Assembly: GCA_015680685.1 (NCBI GenBank)
Contig: MNCI01000405.1
Coordinates: 338,988-402,987, forward strand
DNA length: 64,000 nucleotides
Direction of reading: 5' to 3'
Origin: Gnetum montanum
Lineage: Eukaryota > Plantae > Gnetophyta
The notes under the pieces were generated by a model, which saw nothing but the letters and a program-made list of their open reading frames with translations, was not told the origin of the DNA and ran no database searches. Positions 1 to 11,857 of the stretch are shown here, in pieces. The position numbers and the translations under genes are program-made. Numbering within the stretch: position 1 is the stretch's first letter; each line of letters opens with the position of its first letter.

Positions 1-2800
1 GCATCGGTACAAAGAAAAGAAGGTGGGTTTTAAGTTCATCAGTTTTACAAAATAAAATAATTTCATTGAAGACAATTGTCTAAAGAATTATTTAGCCTAT
101 AAAAAACTTGATGTGTAGCAAATAGTTGCTCCATTTGTTGGGGGAAAGAAAAATGTTTTAGGTTTCTGGAAGATTAATAGATTGTTTGCTGGAAAGAAAA
201 ATTCAATAATTATTTGGTCAATACATTACATTAAATCTTGAACTTTTAATGAAAAACATAAATATTCAATACAAAAGCTACACTACATATTGAGATCTAC
301 ATGCAGTATTTATTCAACTCTAATGAATTTTCTACTTTCAAATTTGTTAAGCTATACTTCTAATGACCATGAACTTGTTTACTTTTATGAATTTGTGATT
401 GTTGATGCTAAATCTAAGATTCTAAGTTACAAAAGTGAAATCTAAAAAGGACTAGAAAGAATCCAAAATCAACAAAAATTGGTGTATTGGTTGGGTCCAT
501 CAAGAATTGCAAGGACCACGTAATACCAAATAGCTCTTATAATCCTAAAAATTGAGAGGTAGCATACAAAAAGGCTAAAACCCATTTGTTGATCATGGCC
601 TTGTGCTTAGCATGGGTGAGGTTGGCCTCAACACATACTTTAAAATACATTTTGAAAAACCTATGAGACATTGTTTCATCCACTCATCATAATTGGTGTT
701 TAGTTCATATGACTATTCAATGTTTATGTGATAGTTATCAAAATGAGTTTTAAAAAATTGTGTTAACATTGTTGCTACTTTTGGAATATAATGGTATTTA
801 AATTGCTAAAAATAGCTCAATTAAAATAAATTTTCACATATATTTAACAAAATTTGAATATTATAACCTTATAATTTAAATCACTTCGATTTCAAAGCCA
901 TTCTTGTAGCTCCATTTTAATTCTTCCCATTTTTCTAAACTCATCATTTAAAAGAGCCCTATTTTTGAATAGCATTATGACATACAATAACTTGGATAAA
1001 CTTGTATCACTTAAAAGTGTCCTTCATGCTGATCCTAGTGTAGGACACACCTAATCTTTCCCCAAAACTTGAAATATTGTTTCCTTTTACTTGAAAATCA
1101 ATATGAATGCCATCAGAGCCTCAAAATGAAGGATTTACACTACACAAGATCATCAGTATTTTGTGACTCAATACATAGTAACAAAGTTTTAGCAATACAC
1201 ATGAAAAGAGATAAAATAATAGAATTTTCATGATAAAATATTTTAACATGAAAAGGAAACATCCATAGAAAGGTAGACATATTAGAGAGAATATTTATGG
1301 GAAAATTAGACTCTTTGCTTCTTGCATTTCAAAAATAGGTTATTTGTCAATAGACATCATGAATAACTACAAATTGTCAAACTCAAGATGATAATCAATT
1401 TTCTACACCCAAAAATTAGGATGATAATTATTATGCAAGTGCCTTAAATTCAAGGTTGACAGTCAATCTATTGGTAGTTTAAATTTACAATGTGTCACAA
1501 AAATATGTCTTGAACCAGAATTAGAGGCAAAAATTATAAGATGAAAACTTAGTCTTCAATAGTTTTCCCCTAGAAGAAAAAGCTATTTTTCTTTTCAATA
1601 CACAAAGTGTAACATCATCATTTGGAAACCTTTTCCACCGCAAACACAAAGAAATAAGCACATGTAGAACTAGCTAGGTGTGCACTACCTTCTATGGAAT
1701 ATCCTTCACATAAAAATTCACATGGACAAGATCTCCTTAAGTGAATAAACACATGAAATACAAACAAGTATAGACACCATTTAGGAATGTGAAGGCATCT
1801 ATTGTCTTTAGATGTCAACAAAGAACAAGAGACACAACAATCAAATATGATAGAACTAACTAAACAACAAATAAGATCAACTTTCCATTTATTGTTAATT
1901 GCAGATCTAGAAGAATAGCCATGACCTAGCTCAAAAGCTTCAAATTTTTACAATGCTTTACTCCTCTCAATTGTTGCTAATCCAAAGTGGCTAGCTTTGC
2001 TAAGGTTAGCATCATCATGTTTTAGTTTTAGGTGATCCTTCAATACAAGGCAACACTTTCTTTAAATGTTCAATTTTAACATAATGCTAGCATCTTAGTT
2101 ATCATTCCTTTTGATTTCTACTAATGATTGAAGTTTCATAATAGGGAAAATTATTTTTACTGGCTGAATTTCTAAGATCTTCAATGAATATAGGATAACC
2201 TCACTCTCTACCTCCACCTCAAAACCACCCCCTTCAAATAGGTTCTCAAACCATAGAAATCATTAACAATTACAAATTATCAAATTTCTATATCAAGTAT
2301 AATAAACAATCTATAGTTAGAATCCAAAATTTTGGATAATAATTATAATATGAATGCCTCAAATCAAGGATGACAATTACAACCTCATAGTTCAATGTAT
2401 TTAAAATTTTTTAGAAATAGATTTTAAGGGTTACAATTCAAGGCATGGCTGGTAGAAAATCCCATTGTGTTGGGACAAGGCTAAACTAATGATGAAGAAG
2501 AAATGGAGGCATAACTAAGGAAGTTAAGTAGAATAGTAGACTTGTCTTCATTATTCTCCCAAAAAATGGTAATCTTTAGCAACTAGGACAAACTACATCA
2601 TAGCCATCATTGGGTAAATACATCCAAGAAAATCTAAAAAGATGGAACGAGTTATGTTGATAATCCATATGTAGTAATATGCATCACTAGTCCATTGTAG
2701 GGCAGTAATGGCTAGAAATGTAACAAACTTGTAATAGTTAAGTGCACTACATGGTGAGCTTTGATTATCTAAAAGGTTTATTTAAAAAATTCATATTTTT

Positions 2801-3654
2801 TGATGAGCAGTGTTTTGTCTAACTTTGATATCGAATACTTGATATCAAGCCCCAAGATGCAATGTCAAATATTTGATATTGTGGGGTAAGTGCTAGCCTA
2901 TAAATATAGCACTTGGGCACATGGTTTGGGGATAGTTTTTTGTCATAGCATAGCAAAGCTCTTGCAATTTGTTTTCACTAGAGTCAAAATATTTTCCTAA
3001 GTGCCTATAGTAGGAGTCATTGAGTGTACAAATCTTTATTTGAACACTATTATACTTGACCATGGTAGTATGTGCACCAATAAAGATGAACTTTCCAATT
3101 AAACCTTGTAGCACCTTGGCTAGCTTAAATATTTTATTTATGCATTTAGTGTTTTATGAAATTTCCTTTGATTGTCCTAAGTAATTAAGCTAGAGTAAGC
3201 TATTTTGATTAAATAGAATTAATTAAGCACATAAGTATGACCGCTTCGAGCATGCGTATGACCCTTGGTAATCCTAGAAACACTTAACATTTAGTAACCT
3301 AGCAGCATTATACATGTTCAGGATGTGCACGAAAAGTGGGATTGGATACTTATGTTAGGATAGTAAGTTATTAATTAGCAATTAGATTGGTTAAATTGGT
3401 TCATAAATTAAGTTTCAACTTGTTGTTAATCATCGACAAATAAAATACAAAATAATAAAAATGATGTGTCTTAATTACACAACCATATAATTAAGCTTGA
3501 CAAGTGTAGTTGAGAAGAAAATGATTGTCATAATTAGATTGCGCATCCTAGAACTAGTGTACATAGGAAATTAAGGTCTACGAAATTCAATCAGATTAGG
3601 CATGAACACTTGTGATTCGTATGGTTGGATGTAGGGATATCTCACCGCTCAACA
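2801..3654 (+). mobile_element. 5' LTR of a Gypsy (Athila-like) family, copy 1
   Basis: Starts TGATGAGC and ends GCTCAACA (imperfect terminal inverted repeat). GATATCG motifs near the 5' end and TATA ctataaata at ~2897. Alignable by eye with 28724-29562 (reverse) and 30506-31387. Confidence 0.75.
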
Positions 3655-3655
3655 T

Positions 3656-3675
3656 TAGCACCACTATTGATGACC
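3656..3675 (+). promoter_or_regulatory. Decayed primer-binding site (tRNA-Asp type)
   Basis: tagcaccactattgatgacc lies directly after the LTR and differs from the Athila PBS tggcgccgttgccggggacc almost only by transitions. Confidence 0.6.
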
Positions 3676-4680
3676 TTTTAGTTTGTACATGTGTTATCTA
3701 GGATTTAGTGAAAAATTATTCAAAATCATTGGAATGAACCCTAAAGTCATATCATGCTTTAAAATAATTATAATAATTTTAAAAATAAAATTGCATTTTT
3801 ATTATTCTAACATAATATTTCTTCTTCTCATAAGAGTGATTCTCTACCCATGTCTAACAGAGTACATCAATAGGTTTCCCAACAATATAGAATGGTATAT
3901 GTTCATCTTGATGAGTATGTATCCAATTTCACCTTCATCCTACACTAGGATGAATTGCTATAGTGGCACGACATGGAGGGCAACATCATGTTGTTGTTGG
4001 ATCGATTCATTGTTGTGATGCTTGAACAAACTCTTATATGATTTGGACTCTAATGAGTTCATGTTGAGTACATTGTGTAGGATAGTGATGCTAGGGATTA
4101 TCATTCCACTAAGGCATAACATCTAAGGGATCAACAGTTAGAAAAATATTACGAATTTGTGAAGGAAAAGTGGTTTAATGATTCCCCATACCTGCTATAC
4201 CAAAAAGATGGTGGAGAACCCTTCTCTTGGGGTTTTCCATTTAGTGAAATTCCTCTCTTTGAGTTTGGTGAAGTAGGTCAAAACTAGAACTTGTAGTCCA
4301 TGAACCATAATCTAGGTTATGGCAAAAATGGATCCAATGACAAGGGAGGATCCAAGGAGGTGAGTTAGGGTAGGGATGTAGACAAGAAACAAGATTGTGA
4401 AGATGGTTGTGACCAAAGAGGAGGTAGGAGGCACCATGATGATGCTAGTTCCCTTTCCTCTTCACCTTCATTTTCATCTTCTTCCTCTTCTAGCTCTGAA
4501 CATAACCACTGATGGAGGTGATCAATGGAACCAAGACAATCGAAGGTACTATCAGAAAAATCAAGACTTAGGATGTGGACATTCAGGAGAGATCCATCAT
4601 GACTAGCCAGAACACCTAGTCCAGGCCTTAGATTTAGAGGCCGATAATGTGATTGAGGATCCACTTATAGAAACCCCTGT
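3676..4680 (+). mobile_element. Internal region of the Athila-like element with a degenerate Ser/Arg-rich ORF (gag N-terminus-like)
   Basis: Stop-interrupted frame containing RRHHDDASSLSSSPSFSSSSSSS. A similar region follows LTR copy 3 at 31388-32450. Confidence 0.4.
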
Positions 4681-4774
4681 AATAACATGTAAAGGTAAGG
4701 TGAGAACTTTAAATCTTAGCTCTTTACTGGAGCCATAGATTCAACAAAATAACTCTAGAACCCTCAACAACAAT

Positions 4775-7700
4775 GTTAAAGTGTTTTCATGGTCTTATGA
4801 AGATATGCCAAGCTTAGACCCATGCATAATACAACACACCATTATCTTGGATTCATGTGTCAAAGCAATCAAATAGAAAACTCGTAAAATTAAGCCAGAA
4901 TTTACTTTAGCTATTCGTGATAAAATTACCAAACTCTACCAAGCTGGGTTCATCCAAGTAGTCAATTACATAGAATGGGTATCAAACATCATGGTAGTCC
5001 CTAAGAAAACTGGGGGTATATGCATCTATATAGACTTCTGAGATTTAAACAAGGAAACCATAAATGATGATTTCCCCTTGCCCAGTATTGACCAACTTGT
5101 CAATACTATAACTAGCCATGCCTTGCTATCCTTCAAGGATGGATTCTCAGGATACAATCAAAATCCGTATAATCCTAAATCATCAACTTGCTACTACCTT
5201 CATGACCCCTTAGAGAACATTTTATTATATGATGATGCCCTTTGGATTGAAAAATGCTAGAGCAACATACCAGCATGCAATGACATATATTTTTAGTGAT
5301 TATCTTCTAGAATGGGTAAATGACTATGTGGAAAATATAGCAGTCAAATCCAAGAAGGCTCCTAATCATGCAAATGACTTGAACCTAGTCCTTCAACATT
5401 GTTGAAAGCATGACCTTCATCTCAATCCCAAAAGTATGTCTTCAACGTCAAAACTAGATGCATGCTAGGTTTCGTAGTGTCAAAAACAGGAATACATGTA
5501 GACCCAAATAAGGTTAAGGCCATTATCAACTTAGCACCACCCACAAACCTTAAAGAGTTACATGGATTTCAAGGCACGGTATAGTTCATACATATTTATC
5601 GCAAGGTTAACAGATAAATTGCATTCAATGCAACACCTACTTTAAAAAGGAGCTAACTTTGAGTAGACAAACGAATGCCAAGAAGCATTTGATACCTTGA
5701 AAAAAGAGCTTATTCATCTTTCTACCATTTATCCTCCACAAAGAGATAAGCCTTTATACATTTACCTTGCAGCTTCAGACACATCCATTGCTATCTTGCT
5801 CTGCCAAAAGAGAGATGATGGCTCTAAAATTCCTATTTACCACCTAAGTCATGCATTGATAGCTTATGAGGCAAAATACAATGATGTAGAGAAAAATTGT
5901 CTAGCCTTAGTGTTTGCACTCAAAAAATGGAGACAATATTTGGTTTTTAGCTAGGTAAACATAATTTGCAAAAATAATATACTTAGGGCCATCACAACTA
6001 ACATATATGAAAGTAGCAAGATAGCTAGGTGGAAAGCAATAACCACAAAGTTTGACCTATATTACATGTTGCAGTCATCCACAAAGGTCAATCAATAGCT
6101 ATGCAACTTATAGCTTCAGGTACAAACGACTAAGCAACAATAGATCTTGAATTCCCAAACGAGCATGTTAGTAGCATAAGCCCAGTACTTGTAGACTTTG
6201 AATCCATTTTACACTTTGATGATGCCTCAACCACACAAGGTGGCAATGCTACTACTATTCTAACAGTTCCCTCTAGAGAGATTCGACATTTCGTGTACCA
6301 CTTTGTATTTCTTTGCATAAATAATGTAGCAGAATATGAGGGTTTCATTAGGGGCATTCTAGTAGCTCAAAAGTTAGAGATCCAAAATTTAGCAACTCGA
6401 GGAGATTTATAATTGGTTAGTAACCATGTCACAGAAGTCTACACCTGTAACGCATAGCACTTATAGCCTTACTGTGATTTGGCAAAATATTTACTAAAAC
6501 AATTTTCAATCTTGGATATTCAATACATCCCCCGTAATGAAAACACTATAGCTGATGCATTAGCCACTTTAGCTTTAAGCATGCCACCCCATATGTTTAC
6601 TATCTTGCCTACCTCAATAGTAACATGCACTAACCCTATCATTCACATAGAAAGTATTGCATCTGTAAGTGTAGCTCACACTTAAGAATGGTATGATGAC
6701 ATCAAAACATACCTTCAACATGGCGAACCCCCATAGAACCTAACATCTGCCAAAAAAGATGCAATGAGGAAACAAGCACAGTAGTATGTCCTCATAGGTG
6801 ACAATTCTCTATGTAATAGATCTTATGATGGGATACTACTAACTTGCATAAGTGACGATGAAGCCCAAAAAATCATTGATCAAATCCATGAGGGACTATG
6901 TGGAGGGCACATAGCTCCTAGGGCAATGACGGTGAAAATTAGACATTTAGGCTACTAGCCTTATATGGAACATGATTGAATTTCTAAGGTAAGGATGTGT
7001 GATGTATGCCAACGCCATGGAAATCTAATGCATGTATCACCTACCAAGTTGCACACTATGCAAATTACATGGTCATTTCAGTGTTGGGGATTAGACATTA
7101 TAGAGCCAATAGCACCTAAGTCTTCTATAGGATATAGCTTTATTATCATCGCAACTAAATATTTCACAAAGTGGGTAGAAGCTATTTCCTTTAGGAAGAC
7201 CACATCTCAACAGGTTTGAAAATTCATCATAGACAATATAGTGACTTGATTCGGCCTCCCTATGACTATCATTATAGACAATAGGCCTTAATTCAGTAGC
7301 ATAGAAACTAGAGCCTTTTGTGAAAATCTTGGCATTAAACACTCTTTCTCATCATCGTACTATCCTCATGCAAACAATCAAGTAGAAGCCACCAATAAAG
7401 CCATTGTCAACCTTTTGAAGAAGATGCTCAGTAGTAGCAAGCAACAATGGCATGAGTAACTCATCTATGCACTTTAGACCTATTGCACAACATGTAAAAC
7501 TACAATAGGTAAGATACCATATAGTTTTGAATACGGATCTAAAACGGTGTTACCTCTTGAATTGCAAGTCCCATCGCTCCAAATGATCCTCTCAAACTTT
7601 ATGGATGAGGCTTAGAACAATGAGTCAAGAATGATTGATCTTGACTCTATAGAGGAAGAGCGCATCCAAATGCTTAACCACATCAAGTGGTATCAAGAAA

Positions 7701-7923
7701 AACAATGGCAAAAGCATCATTGCAATATGCACCAATGCTCGATCAAGAAAGGGGATCTAGTTCCCAAGGCCATCCATGAGCTTGTGAACAAATTCTTAGG
7801 TAACTGGGCCCTTTCTTGGTCAGAAAAGCATATGAAAATGGGGCATTCAAGCATGCTAACTTAGCCAGCAATGAGCTCACTAATCTTGTCAACCATCTAT
7901 ACCTAAAACCGTATTACACCTAA
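4775..7923 (+). mobile_element. Degenerate Tat/Ogre-type Gypsy pol: RT, RNase H, additional archaeal-type RNase H, integrase
   Basis: RT: VFSWSYEDMPSLDP...DFPLPSIDQLV...DGFSGYNQ. RH: LYIYLAASD...EKNCLALVFALKKWRQY. aRH: LHFDDAST...NNVAEYEG...YIPRNENTIADALA. INT: CDVCQRHG...WGLDII...FTKWVEA. Many stops and frameshifts. Confidence 0.93.
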
Positions 7924-7960
7924 CATGCAGTATCACGCCAAAAATAAAGCAAGGTAAATA

Positions 7961-8360
7961 GAACATCCACTATGATGTTAAACTAGCATAGAGCATCCGC
8001 TATGATGTTAAACTAGCACAGAGCATCTGCTATGATGTTAAACTGGTATAGGACATCCACTATGACATTAAACTAGCATAGAGTCTCCATCATGATACTA
8101 AACTAGCATAGCTCATCTGCCATGACATTAAACTAGCACAAAATGTCCTTAGGCTATGACATTAAATTGGCACCCATAACATGGTCTGCTATGACCTTAA
8201 ATTGGCCATCCACCATCTACTATGATGTTAATCTAGCATAGCAGTCTATTAGGACCTTAAAATAGCATAGCATGGTCTACCTAAACCTTAAACTGGGAGC
8301 ACAGTCTATTGGGACTTTAAATTAGCATAACCGATGGTCTACCAAGACCTTAAACTGGGT
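7961..8360 (+). repeat. 30-bp tandem array in the 3' UTR of the Tat/Ogre element
   Basis: Unit GAGCATCCGCTATGATGTTAAACTAGCATA. Six copies have an exact 30-bp period, then about six progressively diverged copies. No spacers. Confidence 0.9.
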
Positions 8361-8473
8361 TCACAAGTCAACATATATGATTCAACATATGTGATCTTGT
8401 GAACACGCGAGTGAGCATACTTCCAATCTTCCTTCATCTATCTATGCCTCTTGGGCAAGTTGGGATGGGGCAT

Positions 8474-11400
8474 TGTAGTTCTATAATGAAGTTCATGTCA
8501 CCAAGGAAAAACCCTCTGGGACATTTGCAATGTCACCATCCCTAGCATCTTGTGATCTTTAGAAGATCTCGTTTGACATCTTGCTAACCTTCCAGAGCTA
8601 CAGCCACCATCACCAATCATCTTGGTTATAGCTCCTGCCATAAACATCTTCTACCGGAGTCCCAAAAGTACTATGGCCTAGCCACAGTGCTGTTATCCTC
8701 TAGCCCTCACCATTGTTAAAGTCTAGAAGAGCATTCAGCAATTAGGCTTCCCACTCTACAGTTGAATTTCCTAGCTCCTGCCTTTGGTGAGGATTCTTGA
8801 GCACCTACATCAGCATCGCTCCTAGCCTCTTGAGTGCTCACTTTTGGTATGGCCACTAGAGGTTTCTAGCTTACCACCACCAATGCCTGCAATGGACTTC
8901 TTGCTTTGGACATTGCATGCATCCAACACAGAACTTGTAGCCCTTGTAATGTCCTAAGTAGATAGAACTTTGTCCTCAATTCACATGGTGGTTGTTTCTT
9001 CTAGTTTTCTCTTTGTTGCATTTGCAAGATAAAGCTAGGATAGTGTCATTTAGAAATGTGTTTCACTGCAAGAGCAAGACACTACATTGTTCCAAAGTAC
9101 TCGCTTCGATTGGCCTGGCTACTTGAGAGTGCATACCCTAATATCCCCTCAACTAACCTAACCTCTACTTCCCACTCTTGCAATTCCCATGCTTAACCGC
9201 TAAACCCATGATGGATGTAACGCAACTCGTCCCATGAGAGCCTTTTTAGATTGATCAAAGCCTCACACAGATGTAACACAACTCATCCCAAGGAGGAAAC
9301 ACCTATCCTATGGTGGTGATACGGTTGCCTTCAAGAAGATATGGGTGTGCAATGCATTTCCTCAAAAGAAAAAAAAACCAAATAACAAAAAAAAAAGAGA
9401 ATAAAGAAGAAAAGGAAAAAGAAAAGAAAATGAGATAAGACAAGTGCCCAAGTTGAATGGCATAGTTACCACTTTGCAACTGTCTCAACCTTAGATCAAC
9501 CATCTCCAAGCACTTCAATGAGAGGTCGAAATCCATAGGGGAAAAATGCCTATGCATGCTGACTCTCTCATAAGAACCCTAACAAGGGATCACACTATGG
9601 AAACAGATTGTCATGGCATCGCATCCTACATTTTTCCTTTTCCAACCATTGTCCCTTGACCCCATCTCCTCAAACCTATCCCCTATTCTCTACCATAATT
9701 TACTTCCCTAGCACTCTCAAGCATAACAAAGCATTGTCTAAGTAGGTACTAATGAATAGTGTTGGTGTTGTGTTCATCATGGTGTTTCATATTCTTTGTC
9801 AATGTCTCTCGAGCAAATCTTCTAGACATCAACAAAGAGGGACCAATGAAACACCACTAATTTCGAGCTCTCATGACTTAGCATCACGTTTGTTTGAGCA
9901 TTGAAACCTGGGTGAAATTTCTCTAAATGTGGTGCCATGCTATGTCATGTCGATAGCATGGCACCCTGGAAGTCGTAACATTTGCAAAGTTTTTCCTAAG
10001 TTTTCCTACTACGCTTCTCGACACAGTCAACATAGCACCCATTTCCAAGGCCAGTTTGCACAAAAAGGGCACTGAAGATGGATTGAATAGTTCAGAAAAT
10101 TTTCTATCTTCTGAACTATCAAGCTTGCTATGCTCTCTAGCTTGCCTAGCTTGACACGTGTCCCAGTTGCTAGTCCACCTAGGTGCTAGGCTAGGAGTTG
10201 TCAAAAATGTTTAGGATAGACAAAATAGTTTGGCAAATTTTCTAATTTTAGACCTGTTACACTCTGCTACACTACACATCGTAGATACCGTAGTAAGCCA
10301 TGTAGCACTAAAATTTTCCTCTATGTTGAACCAAACATAGAAGTTGCATTTGGTAATTCTTCGACCTCCAAGGTTGCTTGTCCTACTTCATCCTCACAGC
10401 ATGATTAGAGTCCCATGGTAGAGCATTGCAAGTTTGTTCAGAATTCATTCAAAATTAGATGTTACGCTGTGCTATACTAAATAGCGTAAATAGTGTAACA
10501 GAGGTGCCAGGGTCAAAAATTTCTCAAGTATGAAATGAAGAGGTATCAAGATCTTTTGACATGAAAAGTGTAGTTGCTGATTACTGAAGTTACTTGCCTT
10601 GCTGAATCTCAGAGTGATATTTTCAATTTTTGTGACAAAAATCATTGAAAAATGAGTGCTACACTCTACTACATTGTGCAGCATAGATAGATAGCGTAGT
10701 AGGCCAGAAACTACAAAAGTTTTCTAAGTGTTCACGCTACGCTTTGTTACACTGGGTAGCATAGATAGCGTAACACTTGGAAAAGGCTTCTGAATGCCTC
10801 CAAAAGCCCTCAGAATTTAGCATCGACCTTCATTTCAACTCTAGCATCTCTCTGACAACAAAGATCAGCAGTTTGCTTTGCTTTTGCACCCCTTGTTGAT
10901 CTCCAAAGTTGTCACTATGCTTGACCTAACTCGGAAGAGGAGGGAAGACGTAGTCCCAGAGCGTATGGCTCCAAGTTGCATTTGTTTTGTGCATTTTTAT
11001 AAAAAACATGGTAGTTTTTTAGACTTTGGCACATGTGGTTTGGGCAATATGGTCATGCCATGTTCTTGTCCTATTAAGTGTAGCATCGCACTTTGAGTGT
11101 AGCACATCAGCACGACACATCCATTCTCATGCCATGTGGAGACCTAGGGCATGTGGCATTCAAACCATGTCTTCCCACCGCCCTGGCTCTATAAATACCC
11201 TAGTAATTGACATTCTAAGGGTTGGCTTTAGCAGACGATTGGCAAACAAAAGGTGGGTGAGCGGCAAATCTTAGTATTAAGAGCATTCATAATATTTGCC
11301 TTGCTCCTGCACTCGAATGTGACACTTGCACCTCGCACCTACACAGCGTAGCAACTGCCAACATAGCAAGCTTCAACTCCTTACTATCAGCACTGCATCT

Positions 11401-11857
11401 GCCACAACCCAGGAATTGTAACTATGTTTCCTTGCTGCCCAGCTATGCTTGTTTGACATTGCGTGCCAGTTGTACACATCATTTGATCAAAAGTCACGTC
11501 TCCCAATCTTGGGAGAGTGCATTTCCTCACTTGCACTCTCATTTTATTTTTCTACAGCACATATTTTAAACTATTAATGTACCTGTTTATTTGTATTGCT
11601 ATAATGCATGCACATAAATACTCTCCTGCTGTTATGTATATTGCGTTCTTGCTTATTCCAACTCCTACACATGACACTCTAAAATCATTATTTGCAAACA
11701 ATTATTGGACACCACGTAAGTCCCTGATTGATGGACCAGACCGTTCAGGGTGCTCTGTTTCCGTCTTCTCCAGTACGGCCCTCCCGCGGACTCGGGGTTA
11801 GGTTGTATACCTTACAACCTCTCGGTGTTCCAGCCACCAACGTTTTTAGACGCTACA
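8474..11857 (+). mobile_element. 3' LTR (~3.4 kb) of the Tat/Ogre element
   Basis: Follows PPT-like gggcaagttgggatgggg. Starts TGTAG and ends CGCTACA. TATA ctataaata at ~11189. No PBS after 11857. Confidence 0.7.

Noticed and set aside
1-2800. Possible LTR or Copia remnants, including a weak repeat between ~1360-1470 and ~2260-2385
   Set aside because: Too degenerate: no protein motif or terminus could be assigned with confidence.
7961-8360. CRISPR-like regular repeats
   Set aside because: Head-to-tail units with no unique spacers, no cas genes, and a eukaryotic retroelement 3' UTR context.
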